64,000 bases of DNA from Eledone cirrhosa (Eukaryota). Below the pieces are notes generated by a model. It was not told the DNA's origin. It saw only the letters and a list, made by a program, of their open reading frames with translations, and searched no databases. Location: contig OZ024741.1 in the NCBI GenBank assembly GCA_964016885.1, positions 12,090,001-12,154,000 on the forward strand. Direction: 5' to 3'. Made by a program: the position numbers and the translations under genes. Each line of letters opens with the position of its first letter. Position 1 is the first letter of the stretch. Positions 1-18,300 of the stretch are shown piece after piece.

Positions 1-3000
1 CTAACACCACCATCAGATATCAATACTATACCAATACCACCACCACCAATACCACCATCAGAGACCAATACCATCACCACTAACACCACCATCAGACATC
101 AATACCATCACCACTAACACCACCATCAGAGACAAATACCATACCAATACCACCACCACTAACAGCACCATCAGACACCAATACCATACCAATACCATCA
201 CCACTAACACCACAATTCAGACATCAATACCATATCAATACCATTACCACTAACACCACCATCAGACATTAATATCATACCAATACCACCAACACTAACA
301 CCACCATCAGAGATCAATACCATACCAATACGTCCACCATCAGACATCAATACCCTTACCACTACCACCACCACTAACACCATCATCAGAGATCAATACC
401 ATACCAATACCATCACCACTAACACCACCATCAGACACCAATTACATACCAATACCATCACCACTAACACCACCATCAGACATCAATAACATACCAATAC
501 CACCACCACTAACACCATCATCAGACATCAATACCATACCAATACCATCACCACTAACTCCACCATCAGACACCAATACCATACCAATACCACCACCACT
601 AACACCACCATCAGACATCAATGCAATACCAATACCACCACCACTAACACCACCATCAGACACCAATACCATCACCACTAACACCACCATCAGACACCAA
701 TACCAGACCAATATCATCACCACTAACACCACCATCAGACATCAATACCATACCAATACCATCACCACTAACTCCACCATCAGACATCAATACCATACCA
801 ATACCACCACCACCACTAACACCATCATCAGACATCAATACCATACCAATACCATCACCACTAACACCACCATCAGACACCAATACCAAACCAATATCAT
901 CACCACTAACACCACCATCAGACATCAATACCATACCAATACCATCACCACTAACACCACCACCAGAAATCAATACCATACCAATACCATCACCACTAAC
1001 ACCACTCTCAGATATCAATACCATACCAATACCACCACCACTAACACCACCATCAGACATCAATACTATACACATACCATCACCACTAACAACACCATCA
1101 GACATCAATACCATACCAATACCATCACCACTAAAGCCACCATCAGAGACCAATACCATACCAATACCACCACCACTAACACCATCATCAGACATCAAAA
1201 CCATACCAATACCACCACCACTAACACCATCATCAGACATCAATACCATACCAATACCATCACCACTAACACCTCCATCAGACACCAATACCATACCAAT
1301 ACCATCACCACTAACACCACCATCAGACATTAATATCATACCAATACCACCACCACTAACACCACCATCAGACATCAATACCATACCAATACCATCACCA
1401 CTAACACCACCATCAGACATTAATATCATACCAATACCACCACCACTAACACCACCATCAGAGATCAATACCATACCAATACCCCCACCATCAGACATCA
1501 ATACCCTTACCACTACCACCACCACTAACACCATAATCAGAGATCAATACCATACCAATACCATCACCACTAACACCACCATCAGACATCAATACCAAAA
1601 CACTACCACCACCACTAACACCACCACCAGACATAAATACCATACCAATACCATCACCACTAACACCACCATCAGACACCAATACCATACCAATACCATC
1701 ACCAATAACACCACCACCAGACATCAATACCATACCAATAACTCCACCATCAGACACCAATACCATACCAATACCATCACCACTAACACCACCATCAGAC
1801 ACCAATACCATACCAATACCATCACCAATAACACCACCACCAGACATCAATACCATACCAATACTTCCACCATCAGACACCAATACCATACCAATACCAC
1901 AACCACTAACACCATCATCAGACATCAATACCATACCAATACCACCACCACTAACACCACCATCAGACATCAATACCATACCAATACCATCACCACTATC
2001 TACACCATCAGACATCAATACCATACCAATACCACCACCACTAACACCATCATCAGACATCAATACCATACCAATACCATCACCACTAACCCCACCATCA
2101 GACATCAATACCATACCAATAACAACCACCACTAACACCACCATCAGACATCAATACCATACCAATAACAACCACCACTAACACCACCATCAGACATCAA
2201 TACCATACCAATACCATCACTGCTAACGCCACCATCAGAGACCAATACCATACCAATACCACCACCACTAACACCATCGTCAGACATCAATACCATACCA
2301 ATACCATCACCACTAACCCCACCATCAGACATCAATACCATACCAATAACAACCACCACTAACACCACCATCAGACATCAATACCATACCAATACCATCA
2401 CTGCTAACACCACCATCAGAGACCAATACCATACCAATACCACCACCACTAACACCATCGCCAGACATCAATACCATACCAATACCACCACCACTAACAA
2501 CACCATCAGACATGAATACCATACCAATACCATCCACACTAACACCACCATCAGAGACCAATACCATTCCAATACCACCACCACTAACACCATCATCTGA
2601 CATCAAAACCATTCCAATACCACCACCACTAACACCATCATCGGACACCAATACCATACCAATACCACCACCACTAACACCATCATCAGACATCAATACC
2701 ATACAAATACCATCACCACTAACACCTCCATCAGACACCAATACCATACAAATACCACCACCACTAACACCACCATCAGACATCAATACCATACCAATAC
2801 CATCACCACTAACTACACCATCAGACATCAATACCATACCAATACCATCACCACTAACACCACCATCAGACATCAATACCATACCAATACCATCACCACT
2901 AACCCCACCATCAGACATCAATACCATACCAATACCATCACCACTAACACCTCCATCAGACACCAATACCATACAAATACCACCACCACTAACACCACCA

Positions 3001-6000
3001 TCAGACATCAATACCATACCAATACCATCACCACTAACACCACCCTCCGAGACCAATACCATACCAATACCATCACCACTAACACCACCATCAGACATCA
3101 ATACCATACCACTAACACCACCATCGGACACCAATCCCATACCAATACCATCACCACTAACACCACCATCATACATCAATACCATACCAATACCACCACC
3201 ACTAACACCATCATCAGACATCAATACCATACCAATACCACCACCACTAACACCACCATCAGACACCAATACCATACCAATACCATCACCACTAACACCA
3301 CCATCAGACATCAATACCATACCAATACCACCACCACTAACACCACCACCAGACATAAATACCATACCAATACCACCATCACTAACACTATCACCAGACA
3401 TCAATACCATATCAATACCATCACCACTAACACCGCCATCAGACATCAATACCATACCAATACCACCACCACTAACACCACCATCAGTCACCAATACCAT
3501 ACCAATACCACCACCACTAACACCACCATCAGAAATCAATACCATACCAATACCACCACCACTAACACCACCATCAGAAATCAATACCATACCAATACCA
3601 CCACCACTAACACCACCACCAGACATAAATACCATACCAATACCACCACCACTAACACCATCATCAGACATCAATACCATACCAATACCACCACCACTAA
3701 CACCACCATCAGACACCAATACCATACCAATACCACCACCACTAACACCACCATCAGAAATCAATACCATACCAATACCACCACCACTAACACCACCACC
3801 AGACATAAATACCATACCAATACCACCATCACTAACACTACCATTAGAGACCAATTCCATACCAATTCCACCACCACTAACACCACCATCAGACATCAAT
3901 ACTATACCAATACCACCACCACCATCAGAGAACAATACCACCACTACTAACACCACCATCAGAGACCAATACCATACCAATACCATCACAACGAACACCA
4001 CCATCAGACATCAATACCATACCAATACCTCCACCACTATCACCACAATCAGACACCAATACCATACCTATACCATCACCACTAACGCCACCATCAGATA
4101 TCAATACTATACCAATACCACCACCACCAATACCACCATCAGAGACCAATACCATCACCACTAACACCACCATCAGACATTAATACCATCACCACTAACA
4201 CCACCATCAGAGACCAATACCATACCAATACCACCACCACTAACACCACAATCAGACACCAATACCATACCAATACCATCACCACTAACACCAGCATCAG
4301 ACATCAATACCGTACCAATACCACCACCACTAACACTACCATCAGACACCAATACCATACCAATACCATCACCACTAACACCACAATTCAGACATCAATA
4401 CCATATCAATACCATCACCACTAACACCACCATCAGACATTAATATCATACCAATACCACCACCACTAACACCACCATCAGAGATCAACACCCTTACCAA
4501 TACCACCACCACTAACACCATCATCAGAGATCAATACCATTACCACTAACACCACCATCAGACATCAATACCATCACCACTAACACCACCATCAGAGACC
4601 AATACCATACCAATACCATCACCACTAACACCACCATCAGACACCAATACCATACCAATACCATCACCACTAACACCACCATCAGACACCAATAACATAC
4701 CAATACCATCACCACTAACACCACCATCAGACATCAATAACATACCAATACCACCACCACTAGCACCATCATCAGACATCAATACCATACCAATACCACC
4801 ACCACTAACACCACCATCAGACATCAATACCATACCAATACCACCACCACTAACACCACCATCAGACATCAATACCATACCAATACCATCACCACTAACT
4901 CCACCATCAGACATCAATACCATACCAATACCACCACCACTAACACCATCATCAGACATCAATACCATACCAATACCACCATCACTAACACCACCATCAG
5001 ACACCAATACCATACCAACACCATCACCAGTAACACCACCATCAGACATCAATACCATACCAATACCATCACCACTAACACCACCACCAGAAATCAATAC
5101 CATACCAATACCATCACCACTAACACCACTCTCAGGCATCAATACCATACCAATACCACCAACACTAACACCATCATCAGACATCCGTACCATACCAATT
5201 CCACCATCACTAACACCACCATCAGACACCAATACCATACAAATACCATCACCAGTAACACCACCATCAGACATCAATAACATACCAATACCACCACCAC
5301 TAACACCATCATCACACATCAATACCATAGCAATACCACCACCACTAACACCACCATCAGACATCAATACCCTTACCAATACCACCATCACTAACACTAT
5401 CATCAGAGATCAATACCATCACCACTAACTCCACCATCAGACACCAATACCATACCGATACCACCACCACTAACACCACCATCAGACATCAATACCATAC
5501 GAATACCACCACCACTAACACCACCATCAGACACCAATACCATACCAATACCACCACCACTAACACCATCATCAGACATCAATACCATACCAATACCATC
5601 AACACTAACGCCACCATCAGAGACCAATACCATACCAATACCACCACCACTAACACCATCATCAGACATCAAAAACCATACCAATACCACCACCACTAAC
5701 ATCATCAACAGACATCAATACCATACCAATACCATCACCACTAACACCATCATCAGACATCAATACCATACCAATACCATCACCACTATCTCCACCATCA
5801 GACACCAATACCATACCAATACCATCACCACTAACACCACCATCAGACATCAATAACATACCAATACCATCACCACTAACAACACCATCAGACACCAATA
5901 CCATACCAATTACACCACCACTAACACCACCATCAGACATAAATACTATACCAATACCATCACCACTAACAACACCATCAGACACCAATACCATACCAAT

Positions 6001-9000
6001 AACAACCACCACTAACACCACCATCAGACATCAATACCATACCAATACCATCACCACTAACACCACCATCAGACACCAATACCAAACCAATATCATCACC
6101 ACTAACACCACCATCAGATATCAATACCATACCAATACCACCATCACTAACACCACCATCAGACACCAATACCATACCAATACCATCACCAGTAACACCA
6201 CCATCAGACATCAATACCATACCAATACCACCACCACTAATACCACCACCAGAAATCAATACCATACCAATACCATCACCACTAACACCACCATCAGACA
6301 CCAATACCAAACCAATATCATCACCACTAACACCACCATCAGACATCAATACCATACCAATACCACCACCACTAACACCACCATCAGACATCAATACTAT
6401 ACCAATACCATCACCACTAACAACACCATCAGACATCAATACCATACCAATACCATCACCACTAACGCCACCATCAGAGACCAATACCATACCTATACCA
6501 CCACCACTAACACCATCATCAGACATCAAAACCATACCAATACCATCACCACTAACACCTCCATCAGACACCAATACCATACCAATACCATCACCACTAA
6601 CGCCACCATCAGAGACCAATACCATACCTATACCACCAACACTAACACCATCATCAGACACCAATACCATACCAATACCATCACCACTAACACCACCATC
6701 AGACATCAATACCATACCAATAACACCACCACTAACTCCACCATCAGACACAAATACCATACCAATACCACCACCACTAACACCATCATCAGACATCAAA
6801 ACCATACCAATACCACCACCACTAACACCTCCATCAGACATCAATACCATACCAATACCTCCACCATCAGGCATCAATACCATACCAATACGACCACCAA
6901 TAACACCACCACAGACACCAATACCAAACCAATACCACCACCACTAATACCACCATCAGGCATCAATACCATACCAATAGCACCACCACTATCACCACAA
7001 TCAGACACCAATACCATACAAATACCATTACCACTAACACCACCATCAGACATCAATACCATACCAATAACATCACAACTAACACCATCATCAGACATCA
7101 ATACCATACCAATACCTCCACCATCAGACATCAATTCCCTTACCAATACCACCACCACTAACACCATCATCAGAGATCAATACCATACCAATACCATCAC
7201 CACTAACACCACCATCAGACACCAATAACATACCAATACCATCACCACTAACACCACCATCAGACATCAATAACATACCAATACCACCACCACTAACACC
7301 ATTATCAGACATCAATACCATACCAATACCATCACCACTAACACCACCATCAGACATCAATACCATACCAATACCATCACCACTAACACCACCATCAGAC
7401 ATCAATACCATACCAATACCACCACCACTATTACCATCATCAGACATCAATACCATACCAATACCACCACCACTAACACCACCATCAAACATCAATACCA
7501 TACCAATACCATCACCACTAACTCCACCATCAGAGACTAATACCATACAAATACCACCACCACTAACACCACCATCAGACATCAATACCAAAACAATACC
7601 ATCACCACTAACACCGCCATCAGAGACCATTACCATACAAATACCACCACCACTAACACTATCATCAGACATCAATACCAAACCAATACCACCACCAATA
7701 ACACCATCATCAGACATCAACACCATACCAATACCATCACCACTAACACCACCATCAGACACCAATACCATACCAATACCATCACCAATAACACCACCAT
7801 CAGACACCAATACCATACCAATACCATCACCACTAACACCTCCATCAGACACCAATACCATACAAATACCACCACCACTAACACCACCATCAGACACCAA
7901 TACCATACCAATACCACCACCACTAACACCACCATCAGATATCAATACCATACCAATACCATCACCACTAACGCCACCATCAGAGACTAATACCATACAA
8001 ATACCACCACCACTAACACCACCATCAGACATCAATACCAAAACAATACCATCACCACTAACACCGCCATCAGAGACCAATACCATACAAATACCACCAC
8101 CACTAACACTATCATCAGACATCAATACCATACCAATACCACCACCACTAACACCACCATCAGACATCAATACTATACCAATACCATCACCACTAACAAC
8201 ACCATCAGACATCAATACCATACCAATACCATCACCACTAACGCCACTATCAGAGACCAATACCATACCAATACCACCACCACTAACACCATCATCAGAC
8301 ATCAATACCATACCAATACCATCACCACTAACACCTCCATCAGACACCAATACCATACAAATACCACCACCACTAACACCACCATCAGACATCAATACCA
8401 TACCAATACCATCACCACTAACACCACCATCAGAGACCAATACCATACCGATACAACCACCACTAACACTATCATCAGATATCAATACCATACCAATACC
8501 ACCACCACTAACACCACCATCAGACACCAATACCATACCAATACCATCACCACTAACACCACCATTAGTGACACATACCATACCAATACCACCACCACTA
8601 ACACCACCATCAGACACCAATACCATACCAATACCATCACCACTAACACCACCATCAGTGACACATACCATACCAATACCATCACCACTAACACCATCAT
8701 CAGACATCAATACCATACCAATACCATCACCACTAACACCCCCATCAGACACCAATACCATACCAATACCATCACCACTAACACCACCATCAGACACTAA
8801 TACCTTTCCAATACCACCACCACTAACACCATCATCACACGTCAAAACCATACCAATACCACCACCACTAACACCATCATCAGACATCAATACCATACCA
8901 ATACCATCACCACTAACACCTCCATCAGACACCAATACCATACAAATACCACCACCACTAACACCACCATCAGACATCAATACCATACCAATACCATCAC

Positions 9001-12000
9001 CACTAACACCACCATCAGAGACCAATACCATACCAATACCACCACCACTAACACTATCATCAGACATCAATACCATACCAATACCACCACCACTAACACC
9101 ACCATCAGACATCAATACTATACCAATACCATCACCACTAACAACACCATCAGACATCAATACCATACCAATACCATTACCACTACCGCCACCATCAGAG
9201 ACCAATACCATACCAATACCACCACCACTAACACCATCATCAGACATCAAAACCATACCAATACCACCACCACTAACACCATCATCAGACATCATTACCA
9301 TACCAATACCATCACCACTAACACCTCCATCAGACACCAATACCATACAAATACCATCACCACTAACACCACCATCAGACATCAATACCATACCAATACC
9401 ATCACCACTAACACCACCATCAGAGACCAATACCATACCAATACCACCACCACTAACACCATCATCAGACATCAAAACCATACCAATACCACCACCACTA
9501 ACACCTCCATCAGACACCAATACCATACAAATACCACCACCACTAACACCACCATCAGACATCAATACCATACCAATACCACCACCACTAACACCACCAT
9601 CAGACACCAATACCATACCAATACCATCACCACTAACACCACCATCAGTGACACATACCATACCAATACCACCACCACTAACACCATCATCAGACATCAA
9701 GACCATACCAATACCATCACCAATAACACCATCATCAGACATCAATACCACACCAATACCACCACCATTAACACCACCATCAGAAACCAATACCAAACCA
9801 ATATCATCACCACTAACGCCACCATCAGGGACCAATACCATACCAATACCATCACCACTAACACCACCATCAGAGACCAATACCATACCAATACCATCAA
9901 CACTAACACCACCATCAGAGAACAATACCAAACCAACACCACCACCACTAGCACCACAATCAGACATCAATACCATACCAATACCATCACCACTAACGCC
10001 ACCATCGGGGACCAATACCATACCAATACCACCACCACTAACACCATCGCCAGACATCAACACCATACCAATACCATCACCACTAACACCACCATCAGAC
10101 ACCAATACCATACCAATACCATCACCACTAACACCACCATCAGACATCAATACCATACCAATACCACCACCACTAACACCACCATCAGAGACCAATGCCT
10201 TACCAATACCACCACCACTAACACCATCGTCAGACTTCAATACCATACCAATACCACCACCACTAACACCACCATCAGACATCAATACCATACCAATACC
10301 ATCCACACTAACACCACCATCAGAGACCAATACCATTCCAATACCACCACCACTAACACCATCATCAGACATGAAAACCATACCAATAGCACCACCACTA
10401 ACACCATCATCAGACATCAATACCATACCAATACCACCACCACTAATACCACCATCAGACATCAATACTATACAAATACCATCACCACTAACACCTCCAT
10501 CAGACACCAATACCATACCAATACCACCACCACTAACACCATCATCAGACATCAAAACCATACCAATACCACCACCACTAACACCATCATCAGACATCAA
10601 TACCATACCAATACCATCACCACTAACACCTCCATCAGACACCAATACCATACAAATACCATCACCACTAACAACACCATCAGACATCAATACCATACCA
10701 ATACCATCACCACTAACGCCACTATCAGAGACCAATACCATACCAATACCACCACCACTAACACCATCATCAGACATCAAAACCATACCAATACCACCAC
10801 CACTAACACCATCATCAGACATCAATACCATACCAATACCATCACCACTAACACCTCCATCAGACACCAATACCATACAAATACCACCACCATTAACACC
10901 ACCATCAGACATCAATACCATACCAATACCATCACCACTAACACCACCATCAGAGACCAATACCATACCAATACAACCACCACTAACACTATCATCAGAC
11001 ATTAATACCATACCAATACCACCACCACTAACACCACCATCAGACACCAATACCATACCAATACCATCACCACTAACACCACCATCAGTGACACATACCA
11101 TACCAATACCACCACCACTAACACCACCATCAGACACCAATACCATAACAATACCATCACCACTAACACCACCATCAGTGACACATACCATACCAATACC
11201 ATCACCACTAACACCATCATCAGACATCAATACCATACCAATACCATCACCAATAACACCATCATCAGACATCAATACCACACCAATACCACCACCACTA
11301 ACACCACCATCAGAGACCAATACCAAACCAATATCATCACCACTAACACCACCATCAGAGACACATACCATACCAATACCACCACCACTAACACCATCAT
11401 CAGACATCAATACCATACCAATACCATCACCACTAACACCCCCATCAGACACCAATACCATACCAATACCATCACCGCTAACACCACCATCAGACACCAA
11501 TACCATTCGAATACCACCACCACTAACACCATCATCACACATCAAAACCATTCCAATACCACCACCACTAACACCATCATCAGACATCAATACCATACCA
11601 ATACCATCACCACTAACACCTCCATCAGACACCAATACCATACAAATACCACCACCACTAACACCACCATCAGAGACCAATACCATACCAATACCACCAC
11701 CACTAACACTATCATCAGACATCAATACCATACCAATACCACCACCACTAACACCACCATCAGACATCAGTACTATACCAATACCATCACCACTAACAAC
11801 ACCATCAGACATCAATACCATACCAATACCATCACCGCTAACGCCACCATCAGAGACCAATACCATACCAATACCACCACCACTAACACCATCATCAGAC
11901 ATCAAAACCATACCAATACCACCACCACTAACACCATCATCAGACATCAATACCATACCAATACCACCACCACTAACACCACCATCAGACATCAATACCA

Positions 12001-15000
12001 TACCAATACCATCCACACTAACACCACCATCAGAGACCAATACCATTCCAATACCACCACCACTAACACTATCATCAGACATGAAAACCATACCAATAGC
12101 ACCACCACTAACACCATCATCAGACATCAATACCATACCAATACCACCACCACTAACAACACCATCAGAGACCAATACCATACAAATACCACCACCACTA
12201 ACACTATCATCAGACATCAATACCAAACCAATACCACCACCAATAACACCATCATCAGACATCAACACCATACCAATACCATCACCACTAACACCACCAT
12301 CAGACACCAATACCATACCAATACCATCACCAATAACACCACCATCAGACACCAATACCATACCAATACCATCACCACTAACACCTCCATCAGACACCAA
12401 TACCATACAAATACCACCACCACTAACACCACCATCAGACACCAATACCATACCAATACCACCACCACTAACACCACCATCAGATATCAATACCATACCA
12501 ATACCATCACCACTAACACCGCCATCAGAGACCAATACCATACAAATACCACCACCACTAACACTATCATCAGACATCAATACCATACCAATACCACCAC
12601 CACTAACACCACCATCAGACATCAATACTATACCAATACCATCACCACTAACAACACCATCAGACATCAATACCATACCAATACCATCACCACTAACGCC
12701 ACTATCAGAGACCAATACCATACCAATACCACCACCACTAACACCATCATCAGACATCAATACCATACCAATACCATCACCACTAACACCTCCATCAGAC
12801 ACCAATACCATACAAATACCACCACCACTAACACCACCATCAGACATCAATACCATACCAATACCATCACCACTAACACCACCATCAGAGACCAATACCA
12901 TACCGATACAACCACCACTAACACTATCATCAGATATCAATACCATACCAATACCACCACCACTAACACCACCATCAGACACCAATACCATACCAATACC
13001 ATCACCACTAACACCACCATTAGTGACACATACCATACCAATACCACCACCACTAACACCACCATCAGACACCAATACCATACCAATACCATCACCACTA
13101 ACACCACCATCAGTGACACATACCATACCAATACCATCACCACTAACACCATCATCAGACATCAATACCATACCAATACCATCACCAATAACACCGTCAT
13201 CAGACATCAATACCACACCAATACCACCACCACTAACAACACCATCAGAGACCAATACCAAACCAATATCATCACCACTAACACCACCATCAGAGACACA
13301 TACCATACCAATACCACCACCACTAACACCATCATCAGACATCAATACCATACCAATACCATCACCACTAACACCCCCATCAGACACCAATACCATACCA
13401 ATACCATCACCACTAACACCACCATCAGACACTAATACCTTTCCAATACCACCACCACTAACACCATCATCACACGTCAAAACCATACCAATACCACCAC
13501 CACTAACACCATCATCAGACATCAATACCATACCAATACCATCACCACTAACACCTCCATCAGACACCAATACCATACAAATACCACCACCACTAACACC
13601 ACCATCAGACATCAATACCATACCAATACCATCACCACTAACACCACCATCAGAGACCAATACCATACCAATACCACCACCACTAACACTATCATCAGAC
13701 ATCAATACCATACCAATACCACCACCACTAACACCACCATCAGACATCAATACTATACCAATACCATCACCACTAACAACACCATCAGACATCAATACCA
13801 TACCAATACCATTACCACTACCGCCACCATCAGAGACCAATACCATACCAATACCACCACCACTAACACCATCATCAGACATCAAAACCATACCAATACC
13901 ACCACCACTAACACCATCATCAGACATCATTACCATACCAATACCATCACCACTAACACCTCCATCAGACACCAATACCATACAAATACCATCACCACTA
14001 ACACCACCATCAGACATCAATACCATACCAATACCATCACCACTAACACCACCATCAGAGACCAATACCATACCAATACCACCACCACTAACACCATCAT
14101 CAGACATCAAAACCATACCAATACCACCACCACTAACACCTCCATCAGACACCAATACCATACAAATACCACCACCACTAACACCACCATCAGACATCAA
14201 TACCATACCAATACCACCACCACTAACACCACCATCAGACACCAATACCATACCAATACCATCACCACTAACACCACCATCAGTGACACATACCATACCA
14301 ATACCACCACCACTAACACCATCATCAGACATCAAGACCATACCAATACCATCACCAATAACACCATCATCAGACATCAATACCACACCAATACCACCAC
14401 CATTAACACCACCATCAGAAACCAATACCAAACCAATATCATCACCACTAACGCCACCATCAGGGACCAATACCATACCAATACCATCACCACTAACACC
14501 ACCATCAGAGACCAATACCATACCAATACCATCAACACTAACACCACCATCAGAGAACAATACCAAACCAACACCACCACCACTAGCACCACAATCAGAC
14601 ATCAATACCATACCAATACCATCACCACTAACGCCACCATCGGGGACCAATACCATACCAATACCACCACCACTAACACCATCGCCAGACATCAACACCA
14701 TACCAATACCATCACCACTAACACCACCATCAGACACCAATACCATACCAATACCATCACCACTAACACCACCATCAAACACCAATACCATACCAATACC
14801 ATCACCACTAACACCACCATCAGACATCAATACCATACCAATACCACCACCACTAACACCACCATCAGAGACCAATGCCTTACCAATACCACCACCACTA
14901 ACACCATCGTCAGACTTCAATACCATACCAATACCACCACCACTAACACCACCATCAGACATCAATACCATACCAATACCATCCACACTAACACCACCAT

Positions 15001-15215
15001 CAGAGACCAATACCATTCCAATACCACCACCACTAACACCATCATCAGACATGAAAACCATACCAATAGCACCACCACTAACACCATCATCAGACATCAA
15101 TACCATACCAATACCACCACCACTAATACCACCATCAGACATCAATACTATACAAATACCATCACCACTAACAACACCATCAGACATCAATACCATACCA
15201 ATACCATCACCACTA
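1..15215 (+). repeat. Copy 1 of a ~20.7-kb-period duplication inside the satellite (copy 2 at ~20,660-36,010)
   Basis: Position 1 onward matches 20,660 onward. ORF pairs 204/20863, 656/21315, 2512/23171, 5978/26637, 8568/29227 and 9742/30401 all have offset 20,659. Later offsets are 20,749, 20,839 and 20,794, i.e. whole-monomer gains or losses. Confidence 0.95.
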
Positions 15216-15340
15216 ATACCACCACCAGACATAAATACCATACCAATACCATCACCACTAACACCACCATCAGACATCAATACCATACCAATACCATCAC
15301 CACTAACACCACCACCAGACATCAATACCATACCAATACT
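7141..15340. repeat. Homogeneous in-phase satellite block containing a ~99-103-monomer higher-order repeat
   Basis: No phase shift over ~8.2 kb. Marker ORFs recur at 7717/12262 (4,545 = 101x45), 8482/12937 (4,455 = 99x45) and 9742/14377 (4,635 = 103x45). Confidence 0.9.
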
Positions 15341-18300
15341 TCCACCATCAGACATCAATACCCTTACGAATACCACCACCACTAACTCCATCATCAGAGA
15401 TCAATACCATACCAATACCATCACCACTAACACCATCATCAGACATCAATACCATACCAACACCATCACCACTAACTCCACCATCAGACACCAATACCAT
15501 ACCAATACCATCACCACTAACACCACCATCAGACATCAATAACATACCAATACCACCACCACTAACACCATCATCAGACATCAATACCATACCAATACCA
15601 TCACCACTAACTCCACCATCAGACATCAATACCATACCAATACCACCACCACTAACACCACCATCAGACACCAATACCATACCAATACCATCACCACTAA
15701 CACCACTATCAGACACCAATACCAAACCAATATCATCACCACTAACACCACCATCAGACATCAATACCATACCAATACCATCACCACTAACTCCACCTTC
15801 AGACATCAATACCATACCAATACCTCCACCACTATCACCACAATCATACACCAATACCATACCTATACCATCACCACTAACACGACCATCAGACATCAAT
15901 ACCATACCAATACCACCACCACTAACACCACCATCAGACATCAATACTATACACATACCATCACCACTAACAACACCATCAGACATCAATACCATACCAA
16001 TACCATCACCACTAAAGCCACCATCAGAGACCAATACCATACCAATACCACCACCACTAACACCATCATCAGACATTAAAACCATACCAATACCACCACC
16101 ACTAACACCATCATCAGACATCAATACCATACCAATACCATCACCACTAACACCTCCATCAGACACCAATACCATACCAATACCACCACCACTAACACCA
16201 CCATCAGACATCAATACCATACCAATACCATCACCACTAACACCTCCATCAGACACCAATACCATACCAATACCACCACCACTAACACCATCATCAGACA
16301 TTAAAACCATACAAATACCACCACCACTAACACCACCATCAGAGATCAATACCATACCAATACCTCCACCATCAGACATCAATACCCTTACCACTACCAC
16401 CACCACTAACACCATCATCAGAGATCAATACCATACCAATACCATCACCACTAACACCACCATCAGACACCAATAACATACCAATACCATCACCACTAAC
16501 ACCACCATCAGACATCAATACCAAAACACTACCACCACCACTAACACCACCACCAGACATAAATACCATACCAATACCATCACCACTAACACCACCATCA
16601 GACACCAATACCATACCAATACCATCACCACTAACACCACCACCAGACATCAATACCATACCAATACTTCCACCATCAGACATCAATACACTTACCAATA
16701 CCACCACCACTAACTCCATCATCAGAGATCAATACCATACCAATACCACCACCACTAACACCATCATCAGACATCAATACCATACCAATACCACCACCAC
16801 TAACACCACCATCAGACACCAATACCATACCAATACCATCACCACTAACACCACCATCAGACATCAATACCATACCAATACCACCACCACTAATACCACC
16901 ATCGGACACCAATACAATACCAATACCATCACCACTAACACCACCATCAGACACCAATACCAAACCGATATCATCACCACTAACACCACCATCAGACATC
17001 AATACCATACCAATAACATCACCACTAACACCACCATCAGACATCAGATCCATACCAATACCACCACCACTAACACCATCATCAGACATCAATACCATAC
17101 CAATACCATCACCACTAACTCCACCATCAGACATCAATACCATACCAATACCATCACAACTTACACCACCATCAGACATCAATACCATACCAATACCTCC
17201 ACCACTATCACCACAATCAGACACCAATACCATACCTATACCATCACCACTAACACCACCATCAGATATCAATACTATACCAATACCACCACCACCAATA
17301 CCACCATCAGAGACCAATACCATCACCACTAACACCACGATCAGACACCAGTGCCATACCAATACCACCACCACTAACACCACCATCAGATATCAATACC
17401 ATACCAATATCATCACCACTAACGCCACCATCAGAGACCAATACCATACCAATACCACCACCGCTAACACCATCATCAGACATCAATACCATACCAATAC
17501 CACCACCACTAACACCACCATCAGACATCAATACCATACCAATACCATCACCACTAACACCACCTTCAGAGACCAATACCAAACCAATACCACCACCAAT
17601 AACACCATCATCAGACATCAACACCATACCAATACAATCACCACTAACAACAGCTTCAGACACCAATACCATACCAATACCATCACCACTAACACCACCA
17701 TCAGAAATCAATACCATACCAATACCACCACCACTATCACCACCATCAGACATCAATACCATACCAATACCATCACCACTAACACCACCATCAGAGACCA
17801 AAACCATGCCAATACCACCACCACTAACACCATCATCAGAGCTCAATACCATACCAATACAATCACCACTAACAACATCTTCAGACACCAATACCATACC
17901 AATACCACCACCACTAACACCAATATCAGAGACCAATACCATACCAATACCAACACCACTTACACCACCATCAGAAATCAATACTATACCAATACCACCA
18001 CCACCAATTCCACCATCTCAGAACAATACCACCACCACTAACACCATCATCAGACATCAATACCATACCAATACCACCATCACTAACACTACCATCAGAG
18101 ACCAATTCCATACCAATTCCACCACCACTAACACCACCATCAGACATCAATACCATACCAATACCATCACCACTAACACCACCATCAGAGACGAATACCA
18201 TACCAATACCACCACCACTAACACTATCATCAGACATCAATACCATACCAATACCACCACCACTATCACCACCATCAGACATCAATACCATACCAATACC